A stretch of DNA of 64,000 nucleotides, from assembly GCF_009914755.1 (NCBI RefSeq), contig NC_060939.1; one strand, 5' to 3'. Below the pieces are notes generated by a model. It worked only from the letters and a program-made list of their open reading frames with translations, was not told the DNA's origin and did no database searches. This stretch comes from the human T2T-CHM13v2.0 reference genome, Homo sapiens. Positions 52,907 through 64,000 of this stretch are shown piece after piece. Positions within the stretch are counted from its first letter, which is position 1; the number at the start of each line of letters is the position of its first letter. Both the position numbers and the translations under genes were made by a program.

Positions 52907-53395
52907 AAATGGCCTTTAGTTACAGTTGATTTTGGCAGTTTTATTTTTTGAAGGTTGAAAATATGCAGGTTATACATGTTAAAACAACAACAACACTATC
53001 CTATAAACTAGAAAGACTAGTATAAAAGCATTATTGCCCACTGTTCTCATAGCTAAAAGTTAAGAAGGAAAGAAGGAAAGCAGGAGAAAGGAAGGATTAA
53101 TTGCCTGTATGTGAGGACCAAACAACCTTTGGGAACTAAACAGTTTTCAGAGATGGCGTGGCACTGCATCCTTGGTTCTTGCTTTGATTGGTGCCCTGCT
53201 ATAGCCCAAAGCACGTAGTATTTGCTGATGATTCAGCATGAGCTGCATCTACCTACTTTTAGCTGATAATTTTCAGTTATTTCCCTTTTTATTTTATGTC
53301 ATGATTTCAAAGCCAAAAATATGTTCTTTTTATGAGTGAAGAATAAACTTACTAACAAATTAGTCAAAATAAAGTATGTTTGCCTCCTTAATTCA
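52907..53395 (+). other. LRRC49: LRRC49 3' UTR (approximate end)
   Basis: Non-repetitive sequence after the stop codon, running to tandem AATAAA signals and a U/GU-rich tract; the exact cleavage site is inferred. Confidence 0.6.
53342..53373 (+). promoter_or_regulatory. Tandem polyadenylation signals
   Basis: AATAAA at 53342-53347 and 53368-53373, followed by a GU/U-rich downstream element (tatttattgtatgttcctcttt). Confidence 0.65.
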
Positions 53396-54046
53396 GTCAG
53401 AATTGTCATATTTATTGTATGTTCCTCTTTAGTTAGGTACGGTTCCTGCTATTCACCTATATGGAGGATGCCCCATTCTTCTAGGAATGCATTCTCAGGG
53501 AACCACAGGAGGTCCTGGGAATACTATGGGCAGAGAATATGCAAATGAGTCAAAACTGGGATAGGAAGAAAATGTTTTGTCTTAGGAGATCCTGAATGAC
53601 TATAAAATGCTGTTACAAAGCAGTAAATCTGCTTCTCTGAAAGATGTTTCCTTCCATTGTTAGCTCTCAAATGCTCTTTTAATAGACATGCATGTGTACC
53701 TGTGTCTCAGAAGTATTAGGGATGCATGAGTGAAGGGTTCTAATTTTTAAAATTTCATTTGAAGATCAAATTCATGCTGGTGAGAAGGGTAGTAGGAGCC
53801 TATTACCATAGCTAGAGATGATGCCACTTCAGAAAAACAATCTTAGTCAATAAATAGGAATTTTTCGGTTTGCTTAGATTTTACCTAGCAGCTATTATGT
53901 CAGCAGGACCACCAGGATATGGGAAAACAGGACTAGAAGATGTACAACAGCAAAGACATGCAGAGACATGCAGAGACACCTGGAAGGAAGCTAGGTAAGC
54001 TGCTATTGCGGTTCTGAGAAAGACCCACATCCTTAAGATCTCTTGA

Positions 54047-54430
<384 letters not shown>

Positions 54431-54479
54431 CTGTCCTGGTTTTTTCATCTTGGCACTTAGGCCATCAGCTTACTAGTGT

Positions 54480-54612
54480 GTAACCTCAGTTTCCTCCTGA
54501 TAGCACACACTTCGTAAGATAGTCATGAGAATCAAAAGAAACAATGCATGTAAAGCATTTCTCATCATGCCTGGCACACAGCAAACACCCAATACGTTGA
54601 GCTTTAATTATT
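54480..54612 (+). mobile_element. MIR fragment
   Basis: cctcagtttcctc...atgcatgtaaagcattt...tgcctggcacacagcaaacacccaata. Confidence 0.65.
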
Positions 54613-55904
54613 ACTCTTTTGGCTGTAGGTTGAACAATAGGGTTGGTGCCCTAGGACAGAGGAGCTATTAGCATTGCTTTCTGATCCTTTAGCCTCTCCA
54701 AACTGAAACATATGGACCATTTCTCATCTGGCTAGTAAACACTTATCTCTCCTGGGCTTATATCTTGTTTGGTATAGAAATGAGATCCCAGCTTGAAGGT
54801 GATGTTGAGAGGAGAACCAAGAGTATATTGTCTGTGGGATTCTGGCAGATTGGAAAGATGTAAGAACTTGTGACTCTTTGGGAGTCTGGGTAACTGTTCC
54901 CACTCTAGGCTTTGCAGATGAATGGACCTAGCTGTTTAGTAATCTGTCCAGCTTCCTGCATGTCTGTTCTCCCCTAACCCTCCCATCCCTGCTGCTAAAG
55001 AGACTTGACACTCACATGCTTTCTTGGCCCAGTCACCCTGGGAATCTTAGGAACACTAAGTCAGCACTCAATGAAATGGCAGCAAGCCATCCCAGCCACT
55101 GCTGGCTCTATCCAGACCTGCTTCAGGCCTGGTAATAGGGTCTCTCTCTTGTTCCTGAAACCAAGCCTCTTTATTCCTCAGCTTTGGTCTCTGCTTCCTT
55201 CCTACCTGAGTTCCCTTTCGCTCCTACCTGCTCCCACTACCCCATACTGATTTCTACTTCTTGAATCCTTACTTTGTCGGGTCTCAAACGTCGAATGGCG
55301 ATCCTCCCATCTAGTTCTACACTCCAAACTCATTTTGCGTTCTGAAGTTCCTTGGTGAAGATAATCCCCAGATAAAAAGACAAGGAGACCTGGGTCTGCT
55401 GGGTTAGGGATCAAGTGAGGGTCCTATGTTGTAAGTGAGTGGTGATCTAGGGAACAAATTGCCATTTCTTCTTGGAATTTTCCAGGGTTTTCAGGGAAGG
55501 GGAAGAGATGCAAATCCCATAGTCTGAGACTCTCTAGGCTAGTGTGTGCTGAAGAATTGCTTTTTTTCAAAAGGGATCTCACGCAGAAACACTATTGCAT
55601 TTGCCTCAAAAGCAGAAACATTTAGTACCCCCATTTAGGGAGATACTGTACCCGATGTTCTGGTACAGCAGCTGGATGGTGAAGTGTGCTGCTACACCTG
55701 AGGATGGTTACCAAGTGTGCAGGTGGACCTGAGGCTTGTTAACTGTGCTGCTGAGTCAGAGGATGGTGCTGGTATCAGCTCCTCACTTCCTGAGCTTCAT
55801 TCCACTGAAGGCCTGGCATGTAAGACAGTGCAACCCTACCATGCTCCTGATCTATTCCTGATTGGGCAAGGAATGCACTGGGATTCATATTCTCTTCAAT
55901 GAGT

Positions 55905-56120
55905 AATCATCATAACAACAAAGATTCATTGAGCAATGTCTTGCACTATTATAAGCTCTTTGTATACATTCTCATTTAATCTCCTAACACTGCGATATAT
56001 ATATGATAGCAATCCCATTTGAACACTAGAAAACTGAGGCATAGAGAGGATGAAAAAAAACGTAACTAAGGGTATTTCAACCAATAAATAGTAGACAGTA
56101 CCCACATTCACTGTTAGTCT
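55905..56120 (-). mobile_element. MIR fragment
   Basis: ctcatttaatctcctaaca...cccatttt...aaactgaggcatagagagg. Confidence 0.65.
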
Positions 56121-56369
56121 TAAGGATCTGGCATCTGGGAAGAATTTTGATGTCCATGGTCGTTCCTAATCCACTTTCATGTTTTGTCATTATGCTGAGG
56201 AATAGCAAATAAAAGATGAGAATTTCTCAACTGTGTCTACATGTGAAGCATATCATAGACATTATGTGCGGTATAAATACTAACAAATGTATAAGTACAC
56301 ATGTACAATATTGTGTATTATTTAAGGATATACATATTAAAGTATAAAATATTGGCAGCTGGATTCATT

Positions 56370-56890
56370 GCAATAATGTGTAGAGAATCAACTTCAGGAG
56401 GGGGCAATAATTAAATTAGGGGGACCAGTTGGGAAGGTACTGCATTATTCTAGGCAAGAGATAATTGTGACTTGGATCAAGGTGATAGCGGCAGAGGCGT
56501 CAGAAAGTAGTTGGATCTTGGGTATATTTTAAAGATGAAGCAACAAGATTTACTGACAGAACTGGATATGGAGTATGAGAAACAGTAGTCAATGATGGCC
56601 ACAAGGTTTTTGGCTTGAACTACCGAAAAGATTGAGTTGCCATCAACTGAGATGAGAGCAATCTGTGAATGGAACATCTGCTGGGAGGAAGGATCAGGAA
56701 TTCCGTCTTATGGAATACACAATGCATCTCAACATGTACAATATATACAAGATATACCACACATCTCAGCATATGTTGAGATGGTTGTTAAATATCCAAG
56801 TGCAGGTGTTAAGTAGGTGTGAATATGAGTTGGGAGTTGAGAAGTATAGATTGGGCTAGAATTATAGAATTTGGAGTCATTGGCGTATAG
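56370..56890 (-). mobile_element. L2 fragment, antisense
   Basis: ggcaagagataattgtgacttgg...ggtttttggcttgaac...gttgccatcaactgagatg. Confidence 0.65.
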
Positions 56891-56929
56891 CAGTACTTGT
56901 TTATGCTATCTTTATATTTAAGAGAATAA

Positions 56930-57310
<381 letters not shown>

Positions 57311-58307
57311 TGAGTTTTTCCTTCTGTTTTTCTTTGTGATTTTCCTTCTGTTTTTCTCCTATTGTTTTTCTTTGTGATTTCATTTATTGTAATTCAGAAT
57401 TTACTGCTTATTCAGAAAGCAGTTAATGATTCACCTATATTTTCTCTTGGTTTGATTCCATGATTTTCTATCATTAACAGTTTGTTGACAGACCAAAAAA
57501 CATCCTATTCATCTCTTTGGGCAAACCTGGGCTTTATTCTCCCATCTCACAGTTTATTTAATAAATTAAAAAAGGAAAGAAAAGAGAAAGAAGGGGGACA
57601 GAGAATCTGGCTAGTTAGCCTCAAGGCAAAATGCAAAATAGAATAAAGAGAGACTACTCAGGAAAATATTTTATTTAAATCTTGAAGAACAAAGGTTAGT
57701 TTTTATAATCTGCTTTTATGGGTCAGATGGAGATGGAGTGGTTACTGTTGCCAAGAACTTCAGAGCCAAGTTTGAAATTTAATCACAGCAACTGTGTTAA
57801 CCAGTATTGATGGAATGTTTAGTATATTTGATCCTGATTTTCTACTTATGTTTATGTTTTCATGATTCATTGTATGTGTCTTTTGTTGCAAAATACCTCA
57901 AATCCTTTATGGAAAGAGTTAAAGTATATTCAAAGCTCCAAAGAATAAATTACTCCTAAAGAATAAATATACTCCTTGGGGAGTGGAATAGTTTGCAGTT
58001 TCTCTTCAGGAGACAATGAAACTATTTATTAATTCCTTTTACAAGTGCCCCTAAGCCTGAGTCCTCAGAGAGTCGACTTCTTCTCTTTGTTTATCTTGAA
58101 ATGTTTCAGTGTGCAGAAATGCCTGTAGAATCATATCTCAAATAAATGCCCTATATCTACCACCAAGCATAACATCTTAATATTTTTCCACACTCGCTTC
58201 AGATTTTATAAATCAAACATTGCAAGTAGACATGGAGCCCCTATGCACCTTCTTTCCCTCCCTCCAGGTAACCACTATCCTGAATTTTATGCTTATTCAT
58301 TCATGTT

Positions 58308-58610
58308 CTTCTTTTTTTTTTTTTTTTTTTTGAGACGGAGTCTCCCTCTATCGCCAGGCTGGAGTACAGTGGCGCAATCTTGGCTCACTGAAATCTCTGC
58401 CTCCTGGGTTCAAGCGATTCTCCTGCCTCAGCCTCCTGAGTAGCTGGGATTACAGGCGTGCACCACCACGCCTAGCTAATTTTTGTATTTTTAGTAGAGA
58501 CGGGGTTTCACCATGTTAGCCAGGATGGTCTCAATCTCCTAACCTCGTGATCCGCCTGCCTCTGCCTCCTAAAGTGCTGGGATTACAGGCATGAGCCACC
58601 ACACCTGACC
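58308..58610 (-). mobile_element. AluSc, antisense
   Basis: Poly(T) followed by a reverse-complement Alu; TSD approximately TCATTCAT. Confidence 0.9.
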
Positions 58611-59133
58611 TCATTCATATTTTCTGGCTGTTCCTATTTATGCATAAATGCATAGGGAGCTTATTGAATTAAGTTTTTATATTTTCTAATTTTATATAAA
58701 TGGGGCCATGCAATATGTATTCTTCTGCATTTTTTCACTCAATATTATGTTCCTGAGGATTATATTCATTGATGGGAGTAGTTCCACTTCTTTCATTTTT
58801 GCTGCTATTTGATATTGGGTTGTACAGCCCATGAGTGATTTATGTAACTGTTTTCCTGTTGGTGGGCATCAGGAGTTTTCTAGTTTAAAACTAGTACAGA
58901 CAATGCTGCATTGAATATGCCTGTTCACATGTGTGCTTTAGGAGTACACAGTAACTGTGGAATTGCTGAGTCATATGGACACATTCAACTGCATTAAATA
59001 TTGTCAAATTGCTTTCTAGAGTGATTCGTATCAGTTTACACTCCCACAAGTAGAGAATACAACTTCCAGTTGTTCCATATATTCACTAACAATTAGGACT
59101 TTCATTTTTTACAATCTAATGTGTTAGTGAACC

Positions 59134-59163
59134 TGTGTGTGTGTGTGTGGGGGGGGGGGGGGG
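59134..59163 (+). repeat. (TG)n followed by a G15 run
   Basis: tgtgtgtgtgtgtgt, then G at 59149-59163. Confidence 0.85.
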
Positions 59164-60823
59164 CGTACGTGAAAGTGGCTTTTTGTGTAGAGAAGAGATC
59201 TTTCAAGGATTTTTTTAAAAGACAAAGTTTACATATGGTGAAATGCACATAAGTGTATAATTTGATGAATTTTGAAAATATCAACATCCCAATTAAGAAT
59301 TCCAACATTTTAATCACTTCAGAAAAGTTTTCTTAGTCAATCCCTGGCCATCCCCTACAAGCAAGTATTGCTCTAATTTCTTTCACCATTGATTAGTTTT
59401 GTCTGTTCTGGAACTTTCTGTAAATGGAAGCATACAATAGGTATTCTTTTGTGTCTGACTTGTTTTACCCAACATAATGTTTTTGAGAATCATTCATATT
59501 GTTTCATGTATCAATAATTTTTTATTTCTTAGTATAAAGGTATCATGGTTTTCTTATCCATTCTATTGAGTTGTTTCCAATTTGGGGCTCTTGTGAATGA
59601 AGACATGTTTGTACAAATCCTTTTGTGCAGTGGAGCTGTTGAGTCAGAATAGTTGTAAGTTTAACTTCATAAGAAACTGCCATTAATTTTTTTAAATAGT
59701 GGTTGTACAATTTTACACTCCTTCCAGCAATGTATATAGAGTTCTGGTAGCTCCACATATGTGCCAACATCTGTTGTTTTGAACTTTTTAAATTTTCAGC
59801 TATTCCAGTGTGGCCTTTTCAGGTTGTTGCTTTAATTTTATTTTCCTTGGTGTCTAATGATGTTGATCACATTTTTATGCATGTTTTGGTCATTTTTATA
59901 TCTTCTTTTATGAAGTAAATATTCAGGTCTGTTGCCTACTTTTCTAACTTGAATTGTCTTTTTATTATTTATATGTGTAAGTTCTTGATACATACTAGAT
60001 ACAACGCTTTTGTTTTGAATTATGAGAAAGTCCAGTTCATCAATTTTCTATGTCAAGTGCCTTTTATAATCTCTCTAAAACAGTTTTCCTGCCCCAAGTT
60101 TGCGAAGACATTCTCTTCTACTTTCATCTAGAAGCTTTATAGTTATTACATTCATGACCATAATTATTCTTGAATTAATTTTTGTGAAAGGTTTGAGGTA
60201 GAGATACAATTTCATTTTCTTTTTTCTCTATAGAAACCCAGCATTCCAGCAAAATTTGGTGCAAAAAGTGTTCTTTTGCCCATTGAATTGCTTTGGCAAT
60301 TTATTTTTGGAAAATTAATTGACCAATATATGTGCAGGTCTCTTTCTAGACTTACTATTCTATTTCATTTATTTATTTTTTCTATTTTTACACCAATTTT
60401 ACTCCACAGTTTTGATTGCTGTAGCTCTATGTAAGTCTTGGAGACAGGTAATATAACCCCTCAAATTTTGTTGTTTTACAAAATTGCTTTAATTGTTTCA
60501 GTGAGTCTAGGTCTTTGCATTTCCATATAAATTTTAGAATCAGCTTGGCAATTTATTTTAAAAATGACTTTTAGGATTTTTAGTGGGATTATATCAAATT
60601 TATAGATGAATTGGAGAGGATCTTCCAATCCATGAACATGGGATAACTCTTCATTTATTTAGATCATTTTTAAAGCAAAATTTAGTAGATTTCAGTTTAA
60701 ATTTTATTCTGAAGTAGATTTATTCCTAAGCATTTTATATTTTTTGCTATTTTAAAGTTATTTTAAATTTTCATTCCCAAGTTTTTTTTGCAAATACATA
60801 GTAATACAGTTGACTTTTATATA

Positions 60824-61460
60824 TAGTTGATCCTCATTATTTGCAGATTTTGTATAATTTGCCTACTCACTAAAATTCATTTGTAGTCCCCACATTCATT
60901 TGTGGATATATACAAAGTGATGACAAATTTGAGCCCCCAATGCACATGTTCCCAGCTGAGGTTAAGCAAGGCAATACTCTCCCTTCTTGTTTCAGTTATC
61001 AGAAAGTAAACAAGTATCCTTTTCACAGTATATTTAATGCCATGTTTATTGCATTTTTGTGCTTTTTGTTGATGACTTTGCTCTTTACAATGCCCCCCAG
61101 GGGTCGGCCTGAAGTGCTCTCTAATGCTCCTGAGCACAAGAAGGTGGTGATGTGCCTGACATCGCAGATAAATGACATGTGTTAGATAAGCTTTGTTGAG
61201 GCATCAGTTACAGTGCTGTTGGCCATGAGTTTGATGTTGATAAATCAATTATATATATATATATATATTTAACGATGCCATTTAACAGAAACACACATAT
61301 AACAGGGTTAAGTATTAATTGACTAAAAATATTGTCCCAGAGTCTCACAGGAACCTAAACCTGCATTTCCCATTGGAGCAAATGTTCAGTAGTATTCACT
61401 AATTTCATGTTTAGGACAACTTTATAGACCATATTCACCATAAATAATGAGAATTTACTA
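60824..61460 (+). mobile_element. MER82 (TcMar-Tigger)
   Basis: tagttgatcctcattatttgcagatt...cacatgttcccagctgaggt...aataatgagaatttacta; TA flanks. Confidence 0.78.
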
Positions 61461-61734
61461 TATTGACTTTGTATTCTGTAAACTTGCAATATTAATTGCT
61501 TAGGATTTTCCACACAGACAAAATCATTTTTTCTGCAAATAAAAATGGTGTTGCATCTTCCTTACCAGTCTTTACACATTTTGTTTCTTTTTCTTGCCTC
61601 ATTGCACAGGCTAGGACTGCCAGTTCAATGTCTTAAAAAAAAAAGTGGTAAGAGTGGTCATTATTGTCCTTTCTCTCTTTCCCTAATCTTAGAGTAAACA
61701 TGTTCAATCATAAGTTTACTTGTAGGTTTTAATT

Positions 61735-61747
61735 TTTCTTTTCTTTC

Positions 61748-61779
<32 letters not shown>

Positions 61780-62066
61780 TTTTTGACAGGGTCTCACTCT
61801 GTTGCTCTAGCTGGAGTACAGTAGTGCAATCATGGCTCACTCTAAAGCCTCTGTCTCCTGGGCTCAAGGGATCCTCCCACCTCAGCCTCCCAAGTAGTAG
61901 GGACAACAGGCACACACCACCATGTCCAGCTAATTTTTGTATTTTTAGTAGAGATGGGGTTTCACCATGTTGCCCAGGCTGGTCTTGAACTCCTGGGCTC
62001 AAGCAGTCCACTCATCTCAGCCTCCCAAAGTGCTGGGATTACAGGCATGAGCCACCATACTCAGCC
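61735..62066 (-). mobile_element. AluJ, antisense
   Basis: TSD TGTAGGTTTT at 61721-61730 and 62070-62079. Confidence 0.9.
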
Positions 62067-63469
62067 AGCTGTAGGTTTTTCACAGATAGCCTTTATCAGG
62101 CTGAGAAAGTTTCCTATTATTCCTACTTTGCTGATAATTTTTTATCATGAAAGAATACTGACTTTTGTCAGATATTTTTCTACATCTATTGAAATAATCA
62201 TATAGTCCTTCTCCCTTATTCTTATGTTATTGATTACATTGATTGATTTTCAAATGTTAAACCAACCTTGCATTACTAGGATAATGTAATTATATATTAA
62301 CCTTTAACATATTTCTGAGTATTATTTGCTAATATTTGTTTAAAAGTGTTTGTGTTTATGTTTATTAGTGATATTGGTCTGTAAAAATTTTCTATTGTGC
62401 CTTTGTGTTGTCTCCTATTCTGTTTTCTAAAAGAAAAGTGGAAAAGCCATATTCTTTGAAATACATCCTAAACTTTCTTGTGATTTCTTCCCTAACTCAG
62501 AGGTTATTTATAGGCGTATTGTTCAGTTTCCAAGCATTTGGCCCCATTATGTAAGTAATAAACCATTTTGTGGCTTATTTGGTGTATGTGTTTGTGTGGT
62601 GTCATCAGTATTAACATCTGAACCAAAGTTTGACTGAGGGGCCTGTCTCATTCCCAAAAGGTGACCATAACATGTGTATATATTAATTAGGTCAAAATTC
62701 TTAAGTATAGTGTTCAAATCATCTGTCTTCTTTTCTGGTTGTTCTTATCAATTATTGAAAGACTAAAATCTCCACTGAGACTGGATTCGTCTGTTTCTCC
62801 TACTACTCTATTATTTTTTGCTTTATGCATTTATTAAGGGCATGTTATTAGGTACATACAAATTTAAAACTGACATATCTTCCTGTTGAACTGATGTTTT
62901 TGACATTGTGAAATGAGTCTTCTATCTCTAAAAATTCTTTTTGCCTTAAATTCTAATTTGTTCAATATTAACATAGGTATACCAGCTTTTTAAAATTAAT
63001 ATTTGAATGAGATATTTTTGCATGATTTAATTTCCACCTTTCTATATGCTTATGTTGTAGTTATGTTTCTTTTAAATAATATATAATTTAAATTTATAGT
63101 TGTATCCAGTTCAACAATCTAGCCTTTTAAAAGATGAAGTTAGTTTTTTTAGAACAAAATCAACCAAGTTTAAATTAAACATTTTGATATGTGTTTTTAC
63201 TTGTGCCACCTATTCCATGTTTTGTTTTACTTCTTTTTTCCCTTCAATTACTTTTTTTAAATTACTGGGTATTTTTTAACCATGTTTTCCCTCTATGAAT
63301 TTAGAAGTTATACACTCAGTTTCTAATTTTGTAAATGATTTCCCTAGAACTTATATCATAGATCTTTACCTTCTCATTGATTAACATTGGTTTCTAATGT
63401 TAATATCTTTATCATCCTTCTGGAAAATACAAGGACCTTGGAACACTGTAACTCAAATTACTTCCCCTC

Positions 63470-64000
63470 TTTTTTTTTTAATACGGCATTTTTTCTTTTT
63501 ATTTTTAGTTGATACATAATAATCATACATATTTATGGGCTATTGAGTGAATTTCTATGCGTGTATACAATGTGTAATGATCAAATCAGGATAAATAGCA
63601 TTCCATCACCTCAACATTTATCATTTCTTTGTGTTGTGAGCATTCAAAATTCTCTCTTTTAGCCTTTTGAAAATATACAATAAATTATCATTAACCATAT
63701 TTACCCTATAGTGCTGTAGAACACCAGAACTTACTCCTTCCATCTACCTGTAATTTTGTATTTGTTAACAAACCTCTCCCCATGCTCCCCCCACTACTAC
63801 CCTTCCTAGCCTCCAATACCCACAATTCTACTCGTGACTTCCATGAGCTAAAAAAAAGTTTAGCTCCCACATCTGATTAAGAACATGCAGCATTTATCTT
63901 TCTGTGGCTAACTTATTTTGCTTAACATAATGTGCTCCAGGCTCATCCTTGTTGCTGTGAATGACAGGATTTCATTCTTTTTTATGGCTGAATAATATTT
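63470..64000 (-). mobile_element. L1MA-type 3' end, antisense (runs off the window)
   Basis: tttttagttgatacataataatcatacatatttatggg...tgtgtaatgatcaaatcagg...agaacatgcagcatttatctttctgtg. Confidence 0.8.

Larger units (their letters stand above)
58090..63460 (-). mobile_element. Fragmented old L1M(B/C/E) elements, antisense, interrupted by Alus and MER82
   Basis: 3' end motifs (ggtaaccactatcctgaa; atttacactccttccagcaatgtat) and antisense ORF2 remnants. Confidence 0.65.

Noticed and set aside
55275-55340. Small CpG cluster downstream of the gene
   Set aside because: Only about five CpGs in ~65 bp, far below CpG-island size, with no other promoter evidence.
57312-57380. Short imperfect tandem repeats (also at 57941-57977 and 53954-53978)
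   Set aside because: Ordinary slippage duplications in low-complexity DNA.

Overview
Primate (most likely human or great ape) genomic DNA containing the 3' end of LRRC49 on the + strand. There are five coding exons (11672-11909, 13100-13285, 16097-16206, 40473-40626, 52703-52906) with canonical AG/GT sites and matching phases, a 3' UTR with AATAAA signals at about 53342-53373, and then downstream DNA. Most of the rest is transposable-element debris (Alu, L1PA/L1M, L2, L3, MIR, MER1B, MER2, MER20, MER21, MER30, MER82, MLT1). I saw no prokaryotic-type system, CRISPR array or structural RNA gene. The most informative region is the 24-kb intron (16207-40472). It holds a nested, inverted cluster of three primate L1s with direct sequence evidence of interlocus gene conversion, a microhomology deletion and a templated Alu micro-insertion whose likely donor is in the window. 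The near-full-length antisense L1 also keeps an ORF0-like reading frame that could splice in frame into the last two LRRC49 exons (hypothesis only). Gene and repeat names come from recalled sequences, not from a database search.
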